A DNA stretch of 64,000 bases from Paraspadella gotoi (GCA_051294375.1 JBJCIZ010000240.1:1-64000); one strand, 5' to 3'; numbered from the stretch's first letter, positions 9,541 to 23,003 are shown. A program made the numbers and translations. Notes: a model not told the origin generated them from the letters alone.

Positions 9541-12005
9541 CGTGATCGTTCGTTTTTTGAAAAATTATATGTATTTTTAGTCGGATCTGCTCTTCAGCAG
9601 ATCCCGAGCTCTATAACTATATAAAATATATAAATATAAATATATAATTCAGCTTTTGTCGGTCCGGTCTGTCCGCCCCCCTCAATATTGTCGGGCACTC
9701 ACTTATAGTTCATGTCAGGAACATCGAATTATGATTAAAAATACGATGTCCGGTCGTCCGTCCGTCCCACCTTAGCAAAAAACACCAATTTACTCGTTGA
9801 TTGGAGGGATTGAATTGGAAGGAAAATTTTGTCTGGTGTGCGGTAGGGGAAGTGTGTGATGAGCTGTATATGAAGTTTTTGAATGGAATCGTCGAGTGGA
9901 AATGCAGTTTAAATGGAAAAAACAAAAAATATATTTCGACTATTTGAACACCATTACTCAGTTGAAGTGGATGAGGTGATTGACTTGAAAATTTTGTATT
10001 GGTAGAAAAGGTGTTTGTGATTTAACTGGAATATTCAAGTTTTCGATGGAATCTTTTGAGTGGAAATGAGAAAAAACAAAAAAACCTGTTTACTAATTGA
10101 TTATGCTTCTTTTTCCTTTTAAAATTACAATGTCAAGCAGAATTGTATTAAAACTATTAAAAAATTAAGATAATTATCAATTAATTAATCAATTAGTCAA
10201 TTAATTAATCAAATATTTAATTAATCAGTCAATCAATTCAGTCAATGTTATCAACTTTATTCTTCATCGTCGGTCATTGCTTTTATGGTGTGTTAGTGAC
10301 GAAAGACCTAAAAACAAACATTTTGGGATCAAATTAATTAATTAATTGCCTTAATTAATTAATTAACTTGAATTATTTAATATTAATGAATTATTACAGA
10401 TAATGATCGTGCGCTGATCCGACATTGGTTTGCTCAAACTGTTTTCGTATGTTCCGATTCAGTCGATTATTCGGCACTATTCGCTATGCCGGTTTACCGT
10501 TTTTTCATTGTTATTGCATTATTCCAACGGCAAACCAGTTATCATAAGAAAATTTGGTCATGTTTATCATCCCTACAATTGTTACCGTCTTTAACTATTT
10601 AAAATTTACACGAAGAGTAATGTATAGCGTCAATAATTTTGAAATCAGTAGTTTTTACGATATAAATGCAATTTTTAGATATAAACGTCATGCACTAAAC
10701 ATATGTTTACCTACTAGCAAGCTAAACAGATGATAAAGTCATGTAACAGTCTTTTAAATTGTGCTGGATCATCACATATTACAACAGATAATAATATAAA
10801 ACCAAAAATTTATAATTATAGTGATCTGTGCAAGATAGAGGAAGGAAAGTTGCCAACAACAGTTTCATTTCCTTTCCCTCTCCTTCTCTCTTCTCTCTCT
10901 TTCTTTCTCTGTCTCTCTTTCTCTGTCTCTCTTCTTCCCATCTTAACCTGTCCTCACAATTTCACCATTGTTCCTGGTCTCACGTCTTTGTTGCAACTTT
11001 CCTTCCCTCATATCTCTATCTCTCTCTCTCTCTCTCGAATGTTTATGAAGGGCTCGTACTGCAGAGGTAAAAACATGTCTGCTTAATTAAAACTCTTGTT
11101 GTTGAAAAAGACTTCGTCTTTAGCTCCAACTCAAGAATATCCTTCTGACTAAATAAACAAAAATTTCGTAGTTATTTTCTTATAAATTTCTTGGTGATTT
11201 TGAGGAGTTCACTGGCAGAGCTTATATCTCGCTTCAACTCAAAAACCGGAGGATACCGGAGGATACCCATATAAACAAGACCATATATCAAACTAATAAA
11301 CATAGTCAATGTTCCGCGTCGGATAAACCGCAATAAACGGGGAAACTGAAAGCTGATGGATTTTCTTGAAAATTCGTAAATTTTCTTATTATTCTCTTGA
11401 ATTTTCTCTTTGAAGATGCCTCATCGGGAAAAATCATTTCTCTTATGTAAATACAAAATCGGGAGAAAATGGGAATGATACAAGACTTCTCAAAACCTTA
11501 ATCCTAGTTGTGTAAATATAATAAATATATCTGGTCTGAATAAACATCCCTAAAACGACCCTCTCAAAGACAAAAAAGTCCAAATGTTAAATTTTAGAAA
11601 ACAAATTTTTAAGCAAAAAAACCCAACAAAAAAATTTTTTTTTATAAAATTGCTTGCTTTTAATTAATTTTGATGAATCTAAACATTTAAGCTTATTTTA
11701 AAAGAGAAATGATATTATCTTTAAATCGATATATTAATAATGACAAAAATTTTCTTATGTAGTGAATAGGATGGCGCATAGGGATAAACTTGGTCGGGTT
11801 TATCTCAAAATTAGGAAAAGGATAGTGTTAATTACCAGCAAAGAGAAAAGGATAAATAATTTTTACATTTGTTTTCGGTTTTGAACGTCTGAGACCAATT
11901 AGGATTGGGACTTTTAATAATATTTCTATATGAGATGGTTACATCCAGGATTTTTCTGAGGTATTGAATTCACCGGTGCANNNNNNNNNNNNNNNNNNNN
12001 NNNNN

Positions 12006-12276
12006 GTCATTGGAATCTCTTGCTCGCTTTATTGGATTAGCGCGGGCAAGGTCGGGCGAGCAAGGTCGGGCTTGCCCTCCTCCGCTCTGACTTACTTTCG
12101 CTGACTTTTACCGCCAAAAGATGGGGACATGCGATCGAGGGATGCGATCAAGGGATCCGATCAGGGGATGCGATCAAAAATTACGATCGGCGGATGCGAT
12201 CAAAGAAACGTTTGAGATTTCGTGCAGTCGTTGATTTGTTTATCAAAGAGAAGAGGATAAAATTGCTGAGAGGATA
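12006..12276 (+). repeat. Block B, copy 2 (short gap-bounded contig)
   Basis: Colinear with 5784-6052 and flanked by N gaps 11981-12005 and 12277-12345. Confidence 0.95.
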
Positions 12277-12345
12277 NNNNNNNNNNNNNNNNNNNNNNNN
12301 NNNNNNNNNNNNNNNNNNNNNNNNNNNNNNNNNNNNNNNNNNNNN

Positions 12346-12434
12346 GAGAAACGGAAAACATCATTGTAGTGGATAGATGGATAGATAGATAAAGAGATAG
12401 ATAGATAGTTATATAGATAGATGGATAGATAGAT
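12346..12434 (+). repeat. Gap-bounded fragment of block C (start of the GATA tract)
   Basis: gagaaacggaaaacatcattgtag followed by (GATA)n matches ~15080 and ~18616. Confidence 0.9.
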
Positions 12435-12459
12435 NNNNNNNNNNNNNNNNNNNNNNNNN

Positions 12460-14820
12460 TTCCACTGAGATACGAAGTTATAAATGAGACAGAAGGGAGG
12501 CAACGGAACGACGAAGGGATGACGGTAGAGATCTGCGAGAGACGAAGAATAAGGAGTGTGGGGAGGCTGGTGGTGGAGAATGATGGGATATGGAAAAGAG
12601 TCTTGTCTTGATCGATATTAGTCGCAGTCCGTCGTATCCAGTTCCAGGAGATCACGTTATGATTCTCCCTCGAGAGAACCAAGTAAGTAATAATTATATT
12701 TATAACGACACGCTTTAAATACCGTTACTGCTATAAGTAACAGTCATCCGTATTTTGGAGAGAGAGAGTTGAAAAAGAAAGAGAGATTGGGGTGGAGGGA
12801 GCAAAGTTATTAAAGAGTGAATGTATTAGTAATGATGATGAGGAGAAGCAGAGAAATTGATGAGTGCAGATGAGAGCAGTCATATTGTGAGTTAGTATGT
12901 AGTATAGGTGCAGTGACGTAGGATCTCGAGTGAGTACGATGAGGTACCTGTATTTGTACCTCTTAAGGTTAATTTATATGTAGGCGTTTACTCTCACTCC
13001 TAGCACGAAGAGTAGAAGAGAATAGAGAGAGAGAAGCGTTATTAATGGATCTCTTATGCTTATGCGCCTTATTATTTCGAGGATAAAGCGTAGCTTGTGG
13101 GCATATGCGTGTCTCGGTACCCAAGGAGCAAGGATCGTTAGTGATAGCACACTCTTCTGCAAGAAGTGACATCTGACGTTACTATATATATTAACGAGAG
13201 CTAGACTTATTACTTTGATCTGACATGCTATATAAAAGAAGAAAATATGGGGAAACATAACTCTTACGAAAATAGACAGGGAGGCAACGTTGATGTATCC
13301 GCAAATGTAGATCCGGAGAAAACATAAAGAAAAAGAGGACTCGCAGAACGTCAAAATATTACGAACGTCAGTGTCTTACTTGAAAGATTACAAAGTGATA
13401 GAGGAGAAGTTATGAGAATGGTTAAAGTGTCACATCGTTGATTTGCTGGTTAGTCAGACCAGATAATTGTCCGAAAGAGAGTGATATAAATTACCAACTT
13501 TAAAAACCATAAGAAAAGAAGACATAGGATCGCTATTTTTCACAGGTCGTGAGGACCACGAAGAAGTTATTCTGCATGTAAATAATTATGTATTAGGGTC
13601 TGACATCAATAAAATGGGCGAAAGACCAATAAAATATATATAAAATTTATTTATTACAAGAGCTCTTAATCTCCAGTGTGATGAGAGTGTGTGTGATATT
13701 AGATATACAGAATATTTTTTTCAAAGGAAAAAGTAAATAAAAGATATCAGTTAAATAGCATAGTATGATTGTTTCTGTGAGTGAATTATATTTAAAACAA
13801 TCAGATCTCACCCGTGAGGTGAGGGTTGTTTACACATTAAGATGCGAGAGCAACATCGTATATGTTTGAGAATAAAATCATCACCCTATATTTTTGATAC
13901 AAAAACCAAATTAACTGTTTCCATCCTCCGCACTCTCTTTTATTTCTATTCAGCTCATCCTTCTCTCTCTCGACTTCTTTTTTCTGCTTTGAGAGTCTTC
14001 TCATGTAGTCATCCTTATATATAATTCACTCTCTCATATTCTTCGGTCTTACAATTCAACACAAGATAAAAAAACGTTTTAAAAGTACAACAGAAAGACC
14101 CTCAGAACTAATCACAATTAAATCCCTCTTATCACCGATTTCTTCCTCACATCCCTTTTCATTTTATACAATCGCATCGAGCGACTTCCGTGTGAAACGT
14201 AGATATCAGAACTACTTGTAATACAGCATATAATAAATCAGACTCGTAATCCTTACGCTAGCCATACTCAAATCCCACGAGCTTTTTCCAAATGTAAACC
14301 ATGCAAGGAGTGGACTCATAATTAATCACTCTCTCTTAACCTGAAAAAACAGCAATATTTGTCTTAATACCCCGCTTTTTTTCTATATATTATCCTCTCA
14401 CTTTCTTCTCCTCATACACTGGTAAAAAGGCATGCTTACCACACATCTCCGGATTCCATATAACTCCTCTTTTTTAGGCTCCTTATCCTGCATCTTTTTT
14501 CTGATAACGATTATTATACAAAGTGGGATTAAACTTAGTCGAGGTTTTAACCTCATTGCATCATCGAGCCCTGGCCTATCGTCACTCCTGGCATTTCTCA
14601 TACTCTCTTCATCTCACATATAACGACGGATTATACTCAATTTTTAAAATATATCAAGGATGACACACTAAATCACTAATTCCTCGCTTTTGTTTTTTCC
14701 CAATGTAAAGAGGATTTATCACACTCGATTTCTTTCTCACATATAAATCATCACTCAATCTCTCTGTGTCTGGGAAAATCTATCTGCTCTCATCACTACT
14801 GTCCACCGATTATTTTTTTG
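12460..14820 (+). other. Insertion-inflated, low-quality copy of 5480-6052 plus 17585-18355
   Basis: Anchors occur in the expected order: gcgagagacgaa (~12535 vs 5547), tcgttgatttg (~13435 vs 6003), and aagttattct...taaataattat...attagggtctgacatcaa...tgggcgaaa (~13564-13623 vs 17610-17670). Confidence 0.75.
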
Positions 14821-14825
14821 AATAG

Positions 14826-17409
14826 AATCACGATATGGAATAAGGAAGGATTACCTCGTCAAGACTTTTCCACCGTTCTTGGCCGAGGAATTCTGTCATC
14901 GGACTTTGTCGTGCGTCGTCATATGTCGTCCGTCGTGCGTCGTATTCGTGTCGTTGCCGTCGTAGTCAATCGTCGTAAATACGATTTCTCGAAGTCAAAA
15001 ATCGCCGGAAGATATTTGGTCAGCGATCGAGATCGGTGGGCGACGAAGTGATTAATGAGTTCGACGCTTCGATCAGACAGAGAAACGCGATAAACATCCA
15101 TTGTGTAGATTAGAGTGGATAGAGTTGTAACAAGATATAGATAGATAGTTATAATAAGATAGATGGATAGATAGATAAAGAGATAGATAAAAATAGATAT
15201 AGTATAGATAAGTGTGGATAGTATAGATAAAAGATATGATAGATAGTATAGATAGATATAGATGGATAGATAGATAAAAGAGATAGATTAAATAAGTATA
15301 GATAGATAGATAGCAATAGAGATAGATAGATAGACATAGATATAGATAGGATAGATAGCCATAGATAGATAAAGAAATATTCTCGATATGGGTAGATAGA
15401 TAGATTATCAGAGTTATATAGATAGATTAGATAGATAGATAATAGATTAGTTAATACGTAATGTTGAGATAAAGTATAGATCTAGTATATAGTAATGTTT
15501 ATTGATAGATAGATAGATAGATAGATAGATCTAGATAGATAGATAGCATAGATAGATAGATAGATAGAATAGATATAGATAGACAGATAGATGTATAGAT
15601 TTGATTTCAGCAGACAGTGTACTTGACACAGTGATTTCAAGACGTCTCACTCTGGCGACGTTCACTCGCGTCTCTCACTTTTTTTTTTTCGTTTTTCTTT
15701 TCGAAATCAATTTTCCTCCAACGAACGTGAGGGAATCGGTTCGTCTGGTCCAGAAGGATGTGGCGTGGAGTGGCGTATTTGGTGGCGTTGCGCGGCGTTA
15801 GATGGCGTTGGGAGGGGACAAATGGCATCGTCAACCATTTTTGTGACGCTGTTCGCGTTTTTCGCCTCAGTCACGTCGTTGTATTTATTTTGAAGTGGAT
15901 TTCTGTGGCGTCGAAAAGATTTTGCTAAAACATTTGTGGACAGAAGATTAAAAAGAGAGTAAATATTTCTGAAAGAAATCTACTTCGTTCTTTTCCTTCC
16001 TTCTTTTTCTTTCGTTTTTCTTTTCGAAACACTAACGCCGCCTCTCGCCTTTTTTTTTATCATTTTCTTCTTCCATTTACTCCCGTTAACCATCATCTTT
16101 GTTTCCTTTTTTCGCTTTTAACAATTTATTTTCATTTTTTTATTTAGTTTTTCGTTTTCCTTTCCTCGTGTCTCTTTTGCCTCGTTCTTCGTGCCTTCGA
16201 CATTCGTATTAATCTTTTTTTCTCTTTCTCTTTTTTCTTTTTTCTCACCGCTTTTTTTTAGAGGAAAGCGCCTTCTCTCTCTCCGCTTCTGTCGCTCTCT
16301 TCTCTCTCTCATCTCTCTTCTCTCCTGTCCTCTCTCTCCTCTCTCAATCCTCTCTGCTCATCCTTTTCGCTCTTGTTTCTATCTCCTTCCGCTCATTAAT
16401 TATCTGAGAAAATCTCACAGTTTCAAAGTGCAAAATAAAAAAAGAAGGAAAATTAATTGGAGGCTGTAATCTTTTCTTTCCTTTTATTTTCCTTCCTCCT
16501 CACTTTTTTTCCCTCCGTCTCTTGACTCTCTGTTCTCTCTCTCTCACATTCTCTCTTCTCTCTCTCTCTCTCATCTCTAATCGTTCTATCTCTCTCTCTA
16601 CTCTCTGCTCTTCGTCTATCTCTCCTCTATCTCGTCTCTCCTCTTCATCTTCTCGTCTCTCTCTCCTCTTTGTCCTTCATTCTTTGCGATAGAGGGCTCG
16701 CCATCCTTGTCGTTTCAGCTCGGGGGGAGATATGTAATGCATAAAGTATCTCGGCTTCTCGGCTTTTTTATCCGAGATGATGAAAAATGCTTTTGAAGAT
16801 AAGGCGCGTCGCTCCGTAGTCGCGTCGTGCGTCGTCCGTTCGTCGTCGTCCGTCGTTACTTCATCTCGCTAACTTAGCGCCGACAAGCTTTTGATTATCT
16901 CCATCGCCTTGTCTTTGCCTTCTTTTTTTTATCCAATTCTATTTCATTTTATTAATTAATTTTTTCCTCTCTCTCTTTCCCTGGATTCATATCGTTTTTT
17001 TTGATGAAGTTCGTTTGCCAGATAACATTTTTATAAACGTCCGATTCATTTTGTGATTCATTAGATGATAAATGTTGATCTTGGTATAAAAATAATTAAC
17101 AGTGGATATAAGCTAAAAAGTTGACACTTAGTTAATACATTTATAAGTAATAGTTTTTAGTTTGATTTTTTGGATATGATCTACCAAAGCTACATTACTA
17201 CATCTAATCCATTTTTAACTTATATTCATTTTCTATTTTCTGTTAAAATGAACAAAGTTGTTATATATTTATAATGAATACTTTTTAAATCATAAAACTA
17301 GATGACTTAACTTTCTCTCCCTCCCTCCGAATCACTTCGCCATATTTAGCTCCGCACCATAATTCAAATAGGAAGGCAACGAGCAATGCAATGAGGCAGC
17401 TCAACCATC
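14826..17409 (+). repeat. Block C, copy 1 (~2.6 kb; redundant with 18359-20921)
   Basis: Shared anchors include cctcgtcaagacttttccaccgttcttgg, caagacgtctcactctggcgacgttca, gagtaaatatttctgaaagaaa and taaacgtccgattcattt. Confidence 0.95.
15115..15600. repeat. Degenerate (GATA)n tetranucleotide tract
   Basis: gatagataga runs. Confidence 0.9.
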
Positions 17410-18358
17410 NNNNNNNNNNNNNNNNNNNNNNNNNCAGAGAGAGTATAAGAGGATCCGCGAGTTCAACGGGGATGCGATCAAAAATTACGAATCGGCGGAA
17501 TGCGATCGATAGAACGTTTAGATTTGTGGCAGTCGTTGATTTGTTTATACAAAGAGAAGTAGGATGAAATGTGCTGAGGAGGATAAGTATCGACAGTAGC
17601 CCCGAAAGAAAGTTATTCTCAAATGTAAAATAATTATTCATTAGGTCTGCACATCAAATAGTGGGCGAAAACAAAATTATTACACTCATGGGCAGCTTGT
17701 TTATTGCATTATGAAACATTTTGTTTTAAAAATAATTATGATTCAAATAGATAATAAGTTTAGATGATTTTTAAAAACGAACTCAGCCCTCAAGGCCTCA
17801 AATCGACATTCGATGTTCGTTACAACAGTACCCCAGGACTTTCCCCGAATCTCCCATTGCACCACTGACCTCCGCCCTCGACATCACTCTTGGTCTTCAT
17901 TCACGACCACTGAGTGGCGCACCAGGTCGTGATCGCGCTCACATTTCCGCTCTTCACATTTCTTTCAAATCGTCTTTTCATTATGCTGAGGGCGGACTCG
18001 AGGCGTAGCATATGCAACTCTATTCCATATATCGACTCGTATCGCTTCGCTGCTTCATTGCGTCACCCACCGACCATCGTGCCTCTAACACTCCCCCACC
18101 CGCAATTTTTCTTAATCCCCTTTCAAATCTCCCGTCCTCTCGCTCGGCCCATTCCTCTCCTTGCCTCTTTTTGATGCTCCTTATCTCATTCGCGGCTGCC
18201 AGTTATCAAGACTGTCGAGGTATTTGCCTCTCCTCTCTCTCTCTCTGCGTCTCCATCGCTCATCGTCTCTCATCCTCTGCTCTCCTCTCTCGTCTCTCTC
18301 CTCTCTCTTCTCCTCTCTCTCTCTCGCTCTCTCGCTGCCTGTGCACCGTGAGAGCTAC

Positions 18359-19040
18359 AATCACGAGCCGGAATTTAAGGAAGGGATTTCCTCGTCAAGA
18401 CTTTTCCACCGTTCTTGGCGCGAGCGAATCTGTCATCGGACTTTGTCGTGCGTCGTCATTGGTCGTCGTCGTGCGTCGTAATTCGTGCGTTGCCGTCGTA
18501 GTCAATCGTCGTAAATAACGATTCTCGAAGTCAAAATGCGGCCGGAAATAATTTGGTCAGCGATCGAATCTGGTGGGGCGACGAAGTGATTAATGAGTTC
18601 GACGTCGATAGAGCAGAGAAACGGAAAACATCACATTGTAGTAAGATAGGATGGATAGAGTTGTAACAAGAATAGATAGATAGTTATATAGATAGATGGA
18701 TAAGATAGATAAAGAGATAGAAAAAATAGTTATATAGATAAGTTGGATAGATAGATAAAGAGATATGATAGATAGTTATAGTAGAATAGATGGGATAGAT
18801 AGATAAAGAGAATAGATAAATAGTTATATAGATAGATAGATAGCAATAGTAGATAGATAGATAGACATAGATACGATAGATAGGATAGATAGCCATAGAT
18901 ACGATAAAGAGATATTCTCGATTTATGGGTAGATAGATAGACTCAGATAAGTAGATAGATAGATAGATAGATAGATACGATAGATACGTAAGATTAGATA
19001 GATAGATCAGTAGATAGATAGATAGAATAGATAGATAGGC

Positions 19041-19076
<36 letters not shown>

Positions 19077-20921
19077 GTGTATAAGATTTGATTCAGCAGA
19101 CAGTGATCTTCAAGACGTCTCACTCTGGCGACGTTCAGCTCGCGTCTCTCACTTCTTTTTTTTCTCGTTTTCTTTCGAATCAATTCTTCGCCTCCAACGA
19201 ACGTGAGGACGTTCGTCTGGTCGAGAAGGCATGTGGCGTGGAGTGGCCGTTCATTTGGTGGCGTTGCGAGGCGTTAGATGGCGTTGGGAGGGGACAAGTG
19301 TCATCGGGCAACGCATTTTTGTGAGCGCCCTGTTCGCGTCTTTTCCGCCTCAAGTAACGTCGTGTATATATTTCTTGATGTGGATTTCTGTGGCGTCGAA
19401 AAAGATTTTGCTAAAACATTGTGGACAGAAGATTAGAAAGAGAGTAAATATTTCTGAAAGAAAATCTACTTCGTGTCCTTTTCCTGAGTCCTTCTTTTCT
19501 TTCGTTTTTCTTTTCGAAACACTAAACGCCGCCTACTCGCCGTTTTTTTTCTATCATTTTGCTTTCTTACCATCTACCTCCCGTTAACCATCATCTTTGT
19601 TTTCCTTTTTTCGCTTTTAACAATGTTATTTTCTTTTTTTATTTAGTTTTTCGTTTTCCTTCCTCGTGTTCTTTCCTCGTTCTTCGTGGCGCTTCGAACA
19701 TTCGTATATGAATGCTTTTTTTCTCTTTCCTTTTTTCTTTTTTCTCCCCTTTTTTTTAGAGGAAAGGCCTTCTCTCATCTCTCTTATCTCTCTCGATCTC
19801 ATCTCTCTGCCTCTCTCTCTCTCTCTCTCAATCTCTCTGCTCATCTTTCGCCTCTTGTTTTATCTCCTTCCGCTGCATTAATTATCGAGAAAATCCACAC
19901 GTTCAAAGGTTGCAAAATAAAAAAAGAGGAAAATTTAATGGAGGCTGTAATCTTTTCTTTCCTTATTTTCCTTCCTCACTTTTTTTCCCTCCGTCTCTTG
20001 ACTCTCTGCCTGCTCTCTCTCTCTCTCCTCTCATCTCATCTGCTCTCGATTCTCTTCTCTCTCTCTATCTCTCTCTTCTATCTGTCTGCTCTCTCTCTCC
20101 TGTGCTCCTCTCCTCTGTCTCATCTTCTCTCTCTCTCTCTCTCTCTCCTCTATCTATCTCCTCTCTCTCTCTCTCCTCTCTCTGCTCCTGCTCTATTCCT
20201 TTCATGCGATAGAGGGCTGCCAATCCTTGTTTCACTCGGGGGGAGTATGTAATGCAATGAAAGTATCATGGCGCTTCTCCGCTTTTTTATCCGAGAATGA
20301 TGAAAATCTTTTGAAGATAAGGCCAGTCGCTCCGTCGTCGTCGTCGTGCGTCGTCGTCGTCGTCCGTCCGTCGTCGTACTCTCATCATCGCTAACTTAGC
20401 GCGCGACATAAGCTTTGATTATCTGCCACTAGTCTTTGCCTTCTTTTTATCCCAATTTCTATTTGCCATTTATTAACTTAATATTTTCCTCTCTCTGGAT
20501 TCATATCGTTTTTTTCAAAAGTTGTTTCGGCAGATAACATTTTTACTAAACGTCCGATTCATTTGTGATTCAGGCAGATGATGAAATGTTGATCTGGTAT
20601 AAAATATTAAGCAGTGGGATATAAGATAAAATGTTGACACTAGTTCTTATAGGTACTAGTTTTTTAGTTTTGTTTTCTAGGCTGACATCTAATGGCCATT
20701 CTTAACTTATATTCAAGCTATTTATTTTTTGTTAACAAATGGAACAAAAAGTTGTTTATATATATTTATATATGAATTCACTTTTAAATCATAAAACTTG
20801 CCTGGTCTTAAATTTCTCTCCCTGCCCAAACGAATCGACTCATCGGCCATATTTAGCTCGCGCACCAGTAATTCGAGAGGGAACGGCAAGCGAGCAATGC
20901 AATGAGCGCAGCTCACCAATC
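18359..20921 (+). repeat. Block C, copy 2
   Basis: Colinear with 14826-17409, with indel-dominated differences. Confidence 0.95.
18645..19075. repeat. Degenerate (GATA)n tract (second copy)
   Basis: gatagataga runs with the same internal landmarks (gatagccatagat, atattctcgat) as 15115-15600. Confidence 0.9.
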
Positions 20922-21304
20922 AGAAGCCAAGAGCAATAGAAACGGAGTGACGCGGCTCGCGAAATTTTTTTCTTTATCGCCTAATCAAACAAGAAACGAA
21001 AAAAAATGTTCTTAAACTTTTTATCAAAAACAAAGAAGAAACTAAGAAAGGGCGGTGGAAACGAAAAAAAAAGAAAAGAAATAATAATAAAAAGAAAGAG
21101 AAACCATAAAGCGACGTCTAAGTTGACGTTTATTCCGTTTGACCTTGGAACGACCTTGGGATTTTTTTATCCGGCGAGGTTGTCTCCGCGTCAGAAACTT
21201 CCAATTCGAAACCACCACGTGGCCACCTTGGAAACGGAAGTACCACCCGCCGATGAGGACCAACCACCCTAACACTAATNNNNNNNNNNNNNNNNNNNNN
21301 NNNN

Positions 21305-21319
21305 CTCACCTGCTCTCTC

Positions 21320-21350
<31 letters not shown>

Positions 21351-22636
21351 TCCCTCTCTCTCTCTCTTCCTCTCTCTTCTATTCTTCATCGATAGCAGGC
21401 TCCATCCTGTTTTACTCGGGGGTGAATTGTAATGCGGTCTCATGGTTTGGCTAATGCCCATTAAAGTATCTCGTTCTCCTTCTTTATCCGAGATGATTGA
21501 CCCATGAAATCTGCCTGCCATCAGAACTCACGCCTAACGGATGATAGCCTTGTGCGTCCGTCGGTCCGTCGTCGTCGTCCGTCGCTTCGTCTCTTCGTCG
21601 TCTGTCATCTCGCTAACTCTAGCCCGCCGACAGCTTTATTATCTCCATTCGCCTTTCTTGTTTTATCCAATTCTCTGATTTCATTTTCATTACAGTTAAT
21701 TTTTTCTCTTCTCTCTGGTTCATATCGTTTTTTTTTTCGGATACAATTTCTTAAAGTTCGGTTTTCGCATTAGATTAACATTTTTTTCATAAACGTACCG
21801 ATTCACTTTTTTGTGAGACATCTTCAGCGAGTGATAAATGTTGATCTTCCGGGTTTTTATAAAAAAAATATTAACAGATTGGATTATAGATAAAATGTTT
21901 AGACACTATTATAGTACTTAGTGTTTTTAATTTTTTTTTTTTTTTTTAGGTCTACAATCTAAATTCCATTTTTTCTTAACTTATATTCAACTTTTTTAAT
22001 TTTTTTGTTAAAATGAACAAAAAGTGTTTCGGTTTATATATATATATATTTTATTAATGAATTCACTTTTTTAAATCATTTCAAAACTGCATTGGTCTTA
22101 AATTTTCTCTCCCCTCCCAAACGAAAATCCACTTCGCCATATTTAGCTCTCCCGCACTCATAATTCAGAAGAGGCAAGACAATACAGCAGTGCAATGAGG
22201 CCAGCCTAACCATCAGACGCCAAGACAGCCAATAATTTGTTAATACCGGGGGTTGACCGCTCGCGCATCTCTTATCGCCTATCAAAAAAAATAATGGTTC
22301 TTAACCCCCTTTTTTTATAAAAAAAACAAAAGAAAGAAACTAAAGAAAGAAAACGAAAAAAAAAAAAAGAAAAGAAATTAATAATTTTAAAAGGATAAAC
22401 AGGCAAGAGAACCATTTATTATTTATCAAAGCGACGACCGATCTAAGTTGACCCGTTTTATTTCCTGTTCTGACCTTATGGAACGCACCTGTGCGAATTT
22501 TTTTATCCGGCGAGGGTTGTCCCTCCTCGTTCAAGACAACTCTCCCAATTCGGAAGACCACCACAGTGGCCACCTTGGGAAACGGAAAAAAAGTACCACC
22601 CGCCGATAGAGGACCGACACACCCTAACAACTAAAT
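21305..22636 (+). repeat. Noisy re-copy of ~20150-21279 (right part of block C plus block D)
   Basis: Anchors include tttatccgagatgat, cgccatatttagctc, ttttttatccggcgagg, gtggccaccttgg and gtaccacccgccgat. Homopolymers are inflated. Confidence 0.9.
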
Positions 22637-22893
22637 ATCCAAACTCCACCCAGACCCTCAAATTACCCCAAAGCGAAAAAAGAAAGATCTGAGAATCAGA
22701 ATTGAGATTATTTCACAATCTTATCTCCCCACCCCGCGACATGTTATTCCGGCTCTTTCCTCTCCCCCTTTGTCCCACATCCCCCGACATTACCTCGTCC
22801 ATAATCTTGCGCCTTCCCCCTCCACCCCTTCGCGACCCATTTTACCCCCTGTCTGCCAAATCCCTGTCCAGATTTCTCGTCGAAATCACTCTC

Positions 22894-22894
<1 letters not shown>

Positions 22895-22952
<58 letters not shown>

Positions 22953-22972
22953 GTCTCCTCTCCTTCTCTTCT

Positions 22973-23002
<30 letters not shown>
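22895..23002. repeat. (CT)n microsatellite
   Basis: CT run. Confidence 0.9.

Positions 23003-23003
<1 letters not shown>

Noticed and set aside
13306-13315. TGTAGATCCG match to part of miR-10
   Set aside because: It is only 10 nt, has no hairpin, and lies in the noisy ghost of the GGATCCGATC repeat.
14818-15101. Short ORFs at the start of block C as an exon
   Set aside because: The two copies disagree in frame, no frame of a reconciled sequence gives a recognisable protein, and the composition is driven by TCG repeats.
14826-22636. Long direct repeats as LTRs or rDNA spacer subrepeats
   Set aside because: There are no TG...CA termini, PBS, gag/pol or rRNA sequence. Copy boundaries coincide with N gaps and the differences are read-error-like.
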